64,000 nucleotides of DNA, taken from NCBI GenBank assembly GCA_036676495.1, contig JAKFCT010000028.1:96001-160000 (forward strand). Reading direction: 5' to 3'. Source of the DNA: Candidatus Sericytochromatia bacterium (lineage in GTDB: Bacteria > Cyanobacteriota > Sericytochromatia > S15B-MN24 > UBA4093). The translations under genes were made by a program, and so were the position numbers. Below the pieces are notes generated by a model that worked only from the letters and a program-made list of their open reading frames with translations, was not told where the DNA came from and ran no database searches. How positions within the stretch are numbered: the stretch's first letter is position 1; each line of letters begins with the position of its first letter. Shown here in pieces: positions 16,927 through 25,612 of this stretch.

Positions 16927-17640
16927 TTACTTGGCGGCGGCGGCTTCCTTGGCGCGGATGCAGCGGTACCCGACCCCACGGACGGTCTTGATCTCGACCG
17001 GGCATTCCGTGTAGCGCTCGAGTTTCTCGCGCAGGCGGCAGATATGCACGTCCACCACCCGGTCGTCCCCGAAGAAGTCGTCTCCCCAGACCCGGTAAAG
17101 GATGGTGTCGCGGCTGATCGCCTTGCCGACGTTGCTGACGAGCAACTGCAGGAGCGAGTACTCCTTGAACGGCAGCTCCAGCAGCTCGTCGTTGATGGTC
17201 ACCGTGTGCTGATCGGTGTCGATCACGAGGCTGTCGATGGCGAGGCGGTTGGGGGACTCGTCCATGTGGCGCTTGATCCGGTCCACCCGGCGCAGGTTGG
17301 CCTTGACGCGCGCGGTCAGCTCGATGAGGCTGAACGGCTTGGTCATGTACTCGTCGGCGCCGATGGCGAGCCCGACGACCTTGTCGGTGTCGGTGCCCTT
17401 GGCGGTCAGCATGATGATCGGCATGACCGATTCCGGGCGCATGGTGCGGCAAACTTCCAGCCCGTCCACGTCCGGCATCATGAGGTCCAGGATCATCAGG
17501 TCGGGGCGTTCCCGGCGGGCCGTGTCAATGGCGGCCTTGCCGCTCGCGACGGTCAGCACCGAATAACCTTCGTACTCCAGCTGCTTCTGCAGCAGGAGCC
17601 GGATGTTCGGGTCGTCGTCAGCGACCAAGATCTTCGCCAT
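16927..17640 (-). CDS. OmpR/PhoB-family response regulator (no adjacent kinase)
   Basis: ILVADDD, DLMMP, MLTAK and KPF receiver motifs; wHTH VDVHICRLREKL..TVRGVGY. Confidence 0.95.
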   Translation of the reverse strand: MAKILVADDDPNIRLLLQKQLEYEGYSVLTVASGKAAIDTARRERPDLMILDLMMPDVDGLEVCRTMRPESVMPIIMLTAKGTDTDKVVGLAIGADEYMTKPFSLIELTARVKANLRRVDRIKRHMDESPNRLAIDSLVIDTDQHTVTINDELLELPFKEYSLLQLLVSNVGKAISRDTILYRVWGDDFFGDDRVVDVHICRLREKLERYTECPVEIKTVRGVGYRCIRAKEAAAAK

Positions 17641-17893
17641 GGGTACGTCCTCCTTCGAGCGGGGGGTTCGTGGTTACTGCTTTTTTACCCCGCGGCACCG
17701 GCGTTCTCACGCCTCGGGCCAAGGGCTTCACATACTTTGAACCCCGACGCTCTTACGGGGGGCTTTCGCAAAGGTTGCAGGATTGTGAACCCGCTCTTCC
17801 ACCTCACTCAAGAGCAAGGACGCTCACCAAACGGCGAAATTCCGCTATACTGAGTGCTGTGCCATCCAGACGACGGTGTCAAAAGGACCACGC

Positions 17894-19264
17894 ATGTTCA
17901 ACAAGATCCTGATCGCCAACCGCGGCGAGATTGCCCTGCGCATCCTGCGCGCCTGCGAAACGCTCGGCATCCCGGCCGTCACGGTCCACTCCGAGGCCGA
18001 CGCCGATGCCCCTCACGCTCGACTGGCGAGCGAGACCTACCTGATCGGACCCGCTCCGGTCTCTCAGAGTTACCTGTCGATCGCGGCGATTCTCGACGTG
18101 GCGAAGCGCTCGGGAGCCGATGCGATTCACCCCGGCTACGGCCTCCTCTCCGAGAACGCCGACTTCGCCGAGGCCTGCGCCCGCGAAGGCATCACCTTCA
18201 TCGGGCCCCGGCCCGAGTTGCTCCGCATGATGGGGTCCAAATCCGCTGCCCGCGAAGCGATGGCCCAGGCGGGAGTGCCGATTCTGCCGGGTACCGCGGA
18301 GCTTCCGGACGTCGAGACCGCCATCCAGGAGGCCAACCGTTTCGGCTACCCGGTCATGTTGAAGGCCACCTCCGGCGGGGGCGGGATTGGCATGCAGGTG
18401 GTCCACTCCGACGAGGATCTCGCCAAGGCGTACAAGACCTGCTCGGCCCGTGCCAAGGCTTACTTCGGCGACGGGGGCATGTACCTCGAGAAGTTCCTCG
18501 AGTCGCCGCGCCACATCGAGATCCAGGTGCTCGCCGACGCGCATGGCCATGCCGTTCACCTCAACGAGCGGGAATGCTCCATCCAGCGGCGCCACCAGAA
18601 GGTCGTCGAGGAGGCTCCGAGCCCCGCGCTCGACGCCGGCTTGCGCCAGCGCATGGGGGAGGTCGCCCTCCAGGCCGTGAAGAGCCTCGGCTACACCAAT
18701 GCCGGCACCTTCGAGTTCCTCATGGACGCCGAGCGGAACTTCTACTTCCTCGAGATGAACACCCGCCTCCAGGTCGAGCATCCGGTGACCGAGATGACCA
18801 CCGGGGTCGATCTCGTGGCGTGGCAGATACGGATCGCCGCCGGCGAGGCGCTCGCGCTTCGGCAGGAGAGCCTGGCTCCCCAGGGCCATGCCATCGAGGT
18901 GCGCCTTTATGCCGAAGACCCCGTGACCTTCTTCCCGGCTCCGGGAACCCTCGGCACGGTGACCTGGCCCGAAGCGCCGCATATCCGGATCGACACCTGG
19001 GTGGGCGACGGCACGGTCGTCTCCCCGCACTACGATCCGATGCTGGCGAAGCTGATCGTCCACGGCGCCACCCGCGCGGAGGCCATCACGCGTCTGCAAG
19101 AAGCCCTGGAGGCGACCGCCTTCGAGGGCCTCAAGACCAACCTGCCCTTGTTGAAGCAAGTGGCTGGGACGCCGGCCTTCGCCGAAGGCGCGCTCCACAC
19201 CGGTTTCATCGCTGTCCACTGCACGCCCCAGCCCGCGGTCCCGTCCGCCGGCGGCGCCCGCTAG
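17894..19264 (+). CDS. Biotin carboxylase subunit of acyl-CoA (probable methylcrotonyl-CoA) carboxylase
   Basis: KILIANRGEIA, HPGYG, GGGGIGM, ERECSIQRRHQK and EMNTRLQVEHPVTE motifs. Confidence 0.92.
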   Translation: MFNKILIANRGEIALRILRACETLGIPAVTVHSEADADAPHARLASETYLIGPAPVSQSYLSIAAILDVAKRSGADAIHPGYGLLSENADFAEACAREGITFIGPRPELLRMMGSKSAAREAMAQAGVPILPGTAELPDVETAIQEANRFGYPVMLKATSGGGGIGMQVVHSDEDLAKAYKTCSARAKAYFGDGGMYLEKFLESPRHIEIQVLADAHGHAVHLNERECSIQRRHQKVVEEAPSPALDAGLRQRMGEVALQAVKSLGYTNAGTFEFLMDAERNFYFLEMNTRLQVEHPVTEMTTGVDLVAWQIRIAAGEALALRQESLAPQGHAIEVRLYAEDPVTFFPAPGTLGTVTWPEAPHIRIDTWVGDGTVVSPHYDPMLAKLIVHGATRAEAITRLQEALEATAFEGLKTNLPLLKQVAGTPAFAEGALHTGFIAVHCTPQPAVPSAGGAR

Positions 19265-19300
19265 GCGCCCGCGGCATTCCCTGAAACGAAAGGAACTCCC

Positions 19301-19513
19301 ATGGCCACCATCACCTCCAACATGGCAGGAACCATCATCGAGATCCCCGTGAACGTCGGCGACTCCGTCTCGGAAGGCCAGGACGTGGCTTGCCTCGAGT
19401 CGATGAAGATGCAGATGTACATCCAGGCCGAGACCGGCGGCAAGGTCAAGGAGATCAAGGTCAACCCCGGCGACTTCGTCAACGAGGGAGACGCGATCCT
19501 GGAGCTGGAGTAA
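19301..19513 (+). CDS. Stand-alone biotin carboxyl carrier protein
   Basis: 70 aa biotinyl domain with ESMKM. Confidence 0.9.
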   Translation: MATITSNMAGTIIEIPVNVGDSVSEGQDVACLESMKMQMYIQAETGGKVKEIKVNPGDFVNEGDAILELE

Positions 19514-19514
19514 G

Positions 19515-20429
19515 ATGCCCCTGCGGCTGCCTGAAAAGGTCCGGATCGTCGAGGTCAGCCCGCGCGACGGCCTGCAAAACGAGAAGGCGGTCGTTCCGAC
19601 CGAGGACAAGATCAGGCTGATCGACGCCCTCTCGGAGACCGGGCTGTCGCACATCGAGGTCTCGTCCTTCGTCAATCCGCGCTGGATTCCGCCGCTGGCC
19701 GACGCGTTCGACGTCTTCCAAGGCATCCGGCGCCAGCCCGGAATCGTCTACTCGGCCCTCGTCCCCAACCTCAAGGGCTACGAGCGGGCGGTCGAGGCCG
19801 GGATCGACGAGGCCGTGATCTTCATGTCCAGCTCGGAGACCCACAGCCGCAAGAACATCAACAAGAGCATCGACGAGACCCTCCCGGTCCTCCGGGAGGT
19901 CGCCGAGCATGCCCTCGCGGACGGCAAGACCGTCCGCGCCTACATCTCGACCGTTTTCGGCTGCCCTTACGAGGGTCCGGTCGATCCCCAGCGCGTGCTG
20001 GAGATCGTCCGGGAGCTCAAGGACATGGGAGTTCGCGAGATCTCCCTGGGCGACACGGTCGGCCTGGCCAACCCGCAGCAGGTCACCCGGATGGTGGAGC
20101 TCATGGCCGAGCACTTCGACCTGGAGTTCTTCGCCCTGCACTTCCACGACACCCGTGGGACGGCCCTGGCCAACGTGCTCGCGGGACTCATGGCCGGCAT
20201 CACCACCTTCGACAGTTCGCTGGGCGGCCTCGGCGGCTGCCCCTACGCCCCCGGGGCCACGGGCAACGTGGCCACCGAGGACATGGTCTACATGCTCGAG
20301 GAGATGGGAGTCGCCACCGGCGTCGACCTGAACCGGCTCGTGGAGGCCTCGCGCTTCATGCAGGGAGTGCTCGGCCGCGAACTGCCCAGCCGCTACCTCA
20401 AGAGCCGCCTTTCGGCCTGCGAAGTCTAA
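19515..20429 (+). CDS. Hydroxymethylglutaryl-CoA lyase
   Basis: EVSPRDGLQNE, HFHDTRG and GLGGCPYAPGATGNVATED motifs. Confidence 0.93.
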   Translation: MPLRLPEKVRIVEVSPRDGLQNEKAVVPTEDKIRLIDALSETGLSHIEVSSFVNPRWIPPLADAFDVFQGIRRQPGIVYSALVPNLKGYERAVEAGIDEAVIFMSSSETHSRKNINKSIDETLPVLREVAEHALADGKTVRAYISTVFGCPYEGPVDPQRVLEIVRELKDMGVREISLGDTVGLANPQQVTRMVELMAEHFDLEFFALHFHDTRGTALANVLAGLMAGITTFDSSLGGLGGCPYAPGATGNVATEDMVYMLEEMGVATGVDLNRLVEASRFMQGVLGRELPSRYLKSRLSACEV

Positions 20430-20443
20430 TTCAAGAGGAAGCC

Positions 20444-21235
20444 ATGACCTCCATGACCACGAGCCCCATCCTGACCGAACGCCGCGGGCACGTCGCCCTC
20501 ATCACCCTGAACCGCCCGGACGCCATGAACGCCTGCAACCAGGCGCTCCTGGCGAGCCTGCGCGAGGCCCTGGACACGCTTCGCTTCGACCCGGAGGTCC
20601 GGGTGATCCTCGTGACCGGAGCGGGCGAGAAGGCCTTCTGCGCGGGAGCCGATCTCAAAGAACGCGCCGGGATGACTCCCATGGAAGTGAAACGCTTCAT
20701 CGTGACCATCCGCGACACGTTCTCGTTGCTGGAGGCCATGGGCAAGCCCGTGATCGCCGCCATCAATGGCGTGGCGCTGGGAGGCGGCACCGAGCTCGCC
20801 CTGGCGTGCGACATCCGGATTGCCGCGGAAACCGCCGTGCTCGGCCTCACCGAGACCGGGCTGGGGATCATCCCCGGAGCCGGCGGCACCCAGCGGCTGC
20901 CCCGACTGGTCGGCAAGGGGAAGGCCAAGGAGCTGATCTTCACGGCGCGGCGCCTCTGCGCGGCGGAAGCCCATGCCATCGGCATGCTCGAGCAGGTCGT
21001 CCCTCCCGGGGACTTGCTCGAGACGGCGCTGCAGATGGCCGAGCGGATCGCGGAGAATGGCCCGCTCGCCGTCGAGCAGGCCAAGTACGCCATCAACGCC
21101 GGCATGGAGACCGATCTCGCCACCGGCCTCGTCCTCGAGTCCCGGTGCTACGACGTGATCATCCCCACCCAGGACCGGCTCGAGGGGCTTGCGGCCTTCC
21201 GGGAGAAGCGCAAGCCCCAGTACCGCGGCGAGTAG
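20444..21235 (+). CDS. Enoyl-CoA hydratase (methylglutaconyl-CoA hydratase-like)
   Basis: LNRP, AFCAGADLKE, GGGTELALACD and PGAGGTQRLPRL motifs. Confidence 0.92.
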   Translation: MTSMTTSPILTERRGHVALITLNRPDAMNACNQALLASLREALDTLRFDPEVRVILVTGAGEKAFCAGADLKERAGMTPMEVKRFIVTIRDTFSLLEAMGKPVIAAINGVALGGGTELALACDIRIAAETAVLGLTETGLGIIPGAGGTQRLPRLVGKGKAKELIFTARRLCAAEAHAIGMLEQVVPPGDLLETALQMAERIAENGPLAVEQAKYAINAGMETDLATGLVLESRCYDVIIPTQDRLEGLAAFREKRKPQYRGE

Positions 21236-22144
21236 CTAGTTGACGGTGATCGTCCCGTAACTGCCCTCGCCCATGCCGGAGATGACCGTGTAGAGGCCCC
21301 GCTCGGTCATGAGCACGCTGAACGGCACCTCCACCTGCTGAGGAATCGGTCCCATGACGGCCCGCGTGTCCGGCAACGATAAGCCGGTCACGCGGATTTG
21401 CCGATCCTGCACGTACGCGTCCACCGAGGACTTGCCCAGGCCGTTGGTCCAGAACCGGGCGACCATCTGCACCCGTTGGCCCACGCGGGCGCTCGTCGGC
21501 AGTTGGACGCTGGTGATCTGGCGTGAGACGAGCTTGGGATTGCCCAGCAAGGCCTCATCAGCCGGGAAAGCGGCCGGCTTGATGCTTCCCCAGAGTTCGG
21601 GCATCGGACTGGGGGCCGGGCTGGCCGCGCCGGGACGGGGCCAGGTCCCCGCCGTGCCGCGGGCCGCGCTCACCATGATCGAGAGCCTCCGGGGCTGCAG
21701 GTCGAAATGATAGGTGCCGGCCGACGGCGGGGTGAAGGCCACCTCGAAGTCGACGGGCGTCTCGGCCGCGTCGGGATGCGGCACATCGGCCTCGGCCCGC
21801 AGGGTGTAAGTGATGGGGGCGGGCGTCCCGAAGCCTCCCCCGAACGGCGAGCGCGGCGTCGGGGTGGGGGACGGAGCCAGTGACTGGACGTCCAGGCCGA
21901 CGACCTGGCTGCCGGCCGGGAGCATGGCGCGGCCCTTGAGGGTGGCGGTCTGGCCCGCCTCCATGGTGTCGGGACCGCTCAGGAACAGGAGCGGGGCGAG
22001 GACCGTTCGGGGATCCGGGGGGAAATCGGGAGGGCCTGGCACCGGGGACTGCGTCGCAGGCGGCGATGGAGGTGCGGCCGGCGGGGTGAACTGGCACGCG
22101 GCGAGCACCGCCGCGGCGAGGCCCCAAGGCAACAACCGTCGCAT
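21236..22144 (-). CDS. Hypothetical Pro-rich lipoprotein with two beta-rich domains
   Basis: SD GAGGAGG before ATG 22144; lipobox VLAAC; PSPTPTP linkers. Confidence 0.75.
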   Translation of the reverse strand: MRRLLPWGLAAAVLAACQFTPPAAPPSPPATQSPVPGPPDFPPDPRTVLAPLLFLSGPDTMEAGQTATLKGRAMLPAGSQVVGLDVQSLAPSPTPTPRSPFGGGFGTPAPITYTLRAEADVPHPDAAETPVDFEVAFTPPSAGTYHFDLQPRRLSIMVSAARGTAGTWPRPGAASPAPSPMPELWGSIKPAAFPADEALLGNPKLVSRQITSVQLPTSARVGQRVQMVARFWTNGLGKSSVDAYVQDRQIRVTGLSLPDTRAVMGPIPQQVEVPFSVLMTERGLYTVISGMGEGSYGTITVN

Positions 22145-22366
22145 GACAACCTCCTCTCTGAAGCATGCCCAGTCTAAGCCTTGCTCAGATGCCTGGGTAT
22201 CGTCTGCTTGAATGGAAGTTTTTGGGTCCCCCCGTTGCCTGGCGCAGAAGCGCTCGGGGAGGCAGGGCTCGGCCCTTGAGGGCCTGGTCTTGCTTCTCGG
22301 TACAACCGCCAAAGCTCCTTGCCATCCCAGACAAGCGTAACCCTTGGCTTCAAACTTCCGATTCAA

Positions 22367-22391
22367 TGTTTGACCGGATCCGGGTCAAACA
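22367..22391. promoter_or_regulatory. Palindromic putative TF site between divergent lipoprotein genes
   Basis: TGTTTGACC-N7-GGTCAAACA perfect 9-bp inverted repeat. Confidence 0.45.
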
Positions 22392-22578
22392 AGCCGCCAT
22401 TAGCAACACCGAGCGGTAGAGCGTTGTGCCAAGACCAGGCCCCCCCTACAATCCCCCTTGCGAGTCGGAACTGAAAGCCCGAATCGCAAACAGGTCAACA
22501 CCCCCTCATCCGACGATTTGGCAAGCGTGGGTCCCGATCGCGGAAGAGACGGAGGGGGCGTTTGAAAAGGAGGATCAA

Positions 22579-23475
22579 ATGGCAGCGAAACGCACGTTGG
22601 GTTGGATTTCCGGGTTGACGCTGGCGACCATGATGGCGGGCTGCGCCTCGCAAACCCCCACGGTGACCACCCCGAATCCGACGCTCCCGAACACCGGTCC
22701 GGCGATCATCGATGGCGACACGATCATCGTTCGGAGCGACCTCTCGGTGATGGGAGTGTCCGGCGAGAACCTCGAGACCCGCTTCAACGCCAAGGAGTTC
22801 GAGTCCTTGCCCGGGCGCATCGCGGTGGACAGCCCTGAGGCGAAGACCCTGATCCCCAGTGGAGGCATGGGCGCCCCGGCTCCGGCTCCCGTCCCTGGCC
22901 CCGGTCCGGGGATCTGTCCCCCGGTGGGGGCCGCCCTGGGTCCCTTCAACCTGAACTTCCCTGGCCTCTGGGCGGGCTCATTTGCGGGCGGCCCCGGTTA
23001 CTGTCCGGCGCCCTACGGCTTCGCGTTCGGTACCCCGGCCGTCTTCCCCAAGACCTTGTTCATTCACCCTGACGTCTACTACTTCCGTCGTAACGCCCTG
23101 TACTTCCCGTACTCGCGTCTGGGCGGCTACTTCTATCCCATCTCGGTCCCGTACGGCGCCCGCTTCTACACCCCGTTCCTAGCCTACGGCTACGGTAGCT
23201 TCGCCCCGTACACCTACACGTCCGCGACCTGTCCGCTACCTGCTCCCTTCCCCGGTCAGCTGCCCTGTGGCCCTGGCATTGGTGGCCCCGGCATCGGTGC
23301 TGGAGCTCCCGGCGGCTACATCCCGCCCGGCGCGGGGGGTCCTGGCATGGGCAACGGCGGTGGCTACGACCAAGGCCAGCAGCAGCAATACGGCAAGCAC
23401 CAGAAGCATGACAAGCAAATGGGCTACGGCCGGCAGATGGGCCGGCAGATGGGCACGGGTGCCCGCAGCTACTAA
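22579..23475 (+). CDS. Hypothetical Gly/Pro/aromatic-rich lipoprotein
   Basis: SD AAGGAGG; lipobox MMAGC; Tyr/Phe/Pro-rich core; Gly/Gln/Met-rich tail. Confidence 0.85.
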   Translation: MAAKRTLGWISGLTLATMMAGCASQTPTVTTPNPTLPNTGPAIIDGDTIIVRSDLSVMGVSGENLETRFNAKEFESLPGRIAVDSPEAKTLIPSGGMGAPAPAPVPGPGPGICPPVGAALGPFNLNFPGLWAGSFAGGPGYCPAPYGFAFGTPAVFPKTLFIHPDVYYFRRNALYFPYSRLGGYFYPISVPYGARFYTPFLAYGYGSFAPYTYTSATCPLPAPFPGQLPCGPGIGGPGIGAGAPGGYIPPGAGGPGMGNGGGYDQGQQQQYGKHQKHDKQMGYGRQMGRQMGTGARSY

Positions 23476-23620
23476 CGACTAACCGGTTCCAGTCAGTGCA
23501 GGGAGCTCCCTGCACAAAGGTGGCGGCTCGGTCTCGAGCCTACGTGGCCCACGCGCCGCTGCCAGGGGGGCCCCCACCCGGGGGCCCCTCATTCCACCGT
23601 CCATGACCAAAGGAGGCGTC

Positions 23621-24172
23621 ATGCTGGCTCACCTCTCTCCCCCTCTCGGCATCTCCATCCTCTCCAACGCCGCCCTGCACATTCCACGCCCGAGCGATCG
23701 CCCCCAGCGAGAGACCCGCAGCAAACTCCCGTCCTCCCTCGGCCACTGCGTCACGCGGGAGGACATCCACAACCTCCCCGCCACCCTCCCCTACGGCCCG
23801 GACTCCGGGCTGATCGCCTCCCACGACCTCGAGGTCCGCTACAAGGGGCTCTGGCACGGCATGCTCGCCTCTCCGGATCAACCGCTCCCCGACACCGAGG
23901 GCTTTCATCCCGGCACCACTCCCGCCCTCCCGAAGCCACTCCTGATCCATCCCGACATCCGCTACCTGCGCCGCGACGTGCTCTACGCCCCCTACCTCCG
24001 GCGCGGAGACGAGGAATACCTGCTCTGCCTGTCCTTCCAAAAGCGTACCCACACCCCCTTCCTGATCGGCATCGACGGGCTCTTCGTCCCCTTCGTCTAC
24101 GTCTCCGAGGAAAACTCCCATCAGCCGACCTTTCCCGGGGACCCGGCCCGCTGCTGCGGCCTCAGGAAGTAA
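23621..24172 (+). CDS. Hypothetical protein, paralogue of the core of the upstream lipoprotein
   Basis: SD AAGGAGG; shares GLWxG..GF..GT...PK.L.IHPD..Y.RR..LY.PY.R.G...TPFL...FPG with 22579-23475. Confidence 0.8.
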   Translation: MLAHLSPPLGISILSNAALHIPRPSDRPQRETRSKLPSSLGHCVTREDIHNLPATLPYGPDSGLIASHDLEVRYKGLWHGMLASPDQPLPDTEGFHPGTTPALPKPLLIHPDIRYLRRDVLYAPYLRRGDEEYLLCLSFQKRTHTPFLIGIDGLFVPFVYVSEENSHQPTFPGDPARCCGLRK

Positions 24173-24192
24173 CTCAACGCCCGGCATGACGC

Positions 24193-24223
24193 AAGCCCCC
24201 CGCGGCCATTCCGCGGGGGGCTT
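24193..24223. terminator. Bidirectional hairpin terminator
   Basis: AAGCCCCCCGCGG-CCATT-CCGCGGGGGGCTT between convergent genes. Confidence 0.75.
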
Positions 24224-24247
24224 TCAACGACGTCGTGAGGCGGGAGG

Positions 24248-25594
24248 TTACTTGCCGGCGATCGCCAGATCCGCCACCAGCACCGACGGACACGCCACCG
24301 CCGAGGACTGGTACTCCACGTCCGAACCCACCGCCTCCACCGACTCCAGCAACCGGTACCAGTTCCCCGAGACCGTGAAGTTGTGGATCGGAGCGACCCG
24401 CTTGCCGTGCTCGTAGAGGAAGCCCTCCGCCTGCAGCGAGAAATCCCCCGAGATGGCGTTGGCGCCCGCATGCAGCCCCGTCACGTGCGTGACGTAGAGC
24501 GTCCGCTCATGCCGCGACAGCAGCGCTTCAGGTGTGGCCTCGCCCGGCACCAAAATCAGGTTGCTCGGCGCCACCCCCAGGATCCCCTTGTAGCCGCCCC
24601 GAGCCGCATGACCGGTCGACTCCACGCCGTCCTTGCGCGCCGTCTCCGCGTTGTAGAGGAACGTCTTGAAGACGCCTTCCTCGATCAAGCTGACGCGCCG
24701 CGAGGGGCAGCCCTCATCGTCGAAGGGACGCGCGCCCCAGCCTTCCAGGTGCAGCGGATCGTCCACCAGGGTCACGACCGACGACGCCACCCGCTCCCCG
24801 ACCTTGCCGCGCAGCAGGCTCTTGCCCTCCTGGGCCGTCTTCGACGAGAAGATCCCGCAGAAGACGCTGATCAAGTCCCCGAAGGTCTCCGGGTCGAAGA
24901 CCACCGGGTACGTCCCCGAGGCCACTTCCTGCGAGCCCAGCTTCTCCAGCGCGCGCTCCACGGCTTCCTTGGCGATCGCCTCGGGATCGATATGGTCGAA
25001 GTCCCGCGTCACCTTGATCTGGTAGTAGGTCTTGTGCTCGCCGTCCTGCGTCACCAGCGGCACCGTCGCGACGTACGCGCTCGACGACCGGTACATCCGA
25101 TCGATCCCCTTCGTCGAGACCACCCGCAGGAAGCCATGCGCATCCGAGTAGCCCGTCGAGGTGACGTTCTTGATGCGCGGATCCGCCGCCTTGGCAATCC
25201 GCTCCAGGCTCATGGCCGCCTCGATCTTCCGCGGCAGCGGTACTTCCGCGAGGTCGGGCCGATACAGCTCGGGCATCTCCGGAGTCTCCCCCGGGAAGTC
25301 GGCCAAGCCCCGCTCCGGAGCCGCCTCCAGCAGCGCGGCGTTATGGGCCGCTTTCTCCAGCGTGCGCTCCAAGGCCTCCGCGGAGAGATCCTCCGAGTAG
25401 GCGTAGCCCACCCGGCCGTCCCGGATCACCCGGATGCCCGCTCCGCGGGAGTCCGAGAGCGAGAACTGATCGATCTCGCCGTCCTGGACCCGGATGGTCG
25501 TGGCGGTGGAAGCGCGAAGGTAGACCTCGGCCTCGAGGCCGAGTCGGCGCGCCTGCGCGATGACGCCCTGGGTTTCGTTGGTATAGGTATTCAC
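24248..25594 (-). CDS. pmbA: TldE/PmbA family protein
   Basis: GIRVIRDGRVGYAY, PFDDEG, STGHA and GDFS motifs; lacks HExxH; downstream of tldD. Confidence 0.9.
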   Translation of the reverse strand: MNTYTNETQGVIAQARRLGLEAEVYLRASTATTIRVQDGEIDQFSLSDSRGAGIRVIRDGRVGYAYSEDLSAEALERTLEKAAHNAALLEAAPERGLADFPGETPEMPELYRPDLAEVPLPRKIEAAMSLERIAKAADPRIKNVTSTGYSDAHGFLRVVSTKGIDRMYRSSSAYVATVPLVTQDGEHKTYYQIKVTRDFDHIDPEAIAKEAVERALEKLGSQEVASGTYPVVFDPETFGDLISVFCGIFSSKTAQEGKSLLRGKVGERVASSVVTLVDDPLHLEGWGARPFDDEGCPSRRVSLIEEGVFKTFLYNAETARKDGVESTGHAARGGYKGILGVAPSNLILVPGEATPEALLSRHERTLYVTHVTGLHAGANAISGDFSLQAEGFLYEHGKRVAPIHNFTVSGNWYRLLESVEAVGSDVEYQSSAVACPSVLVADLAIAGK

Positions 25595-25612
25595 TGAACT
25601 CTCCTTCAGGCG

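Noticed and set aside
19261-19275. CTAGGCGCCCGCGGC after the biotin carboxylase stop as a fifth copy of the element
   Set aside because: Only a short GC-rich match with an indel and no second arm; could be chance
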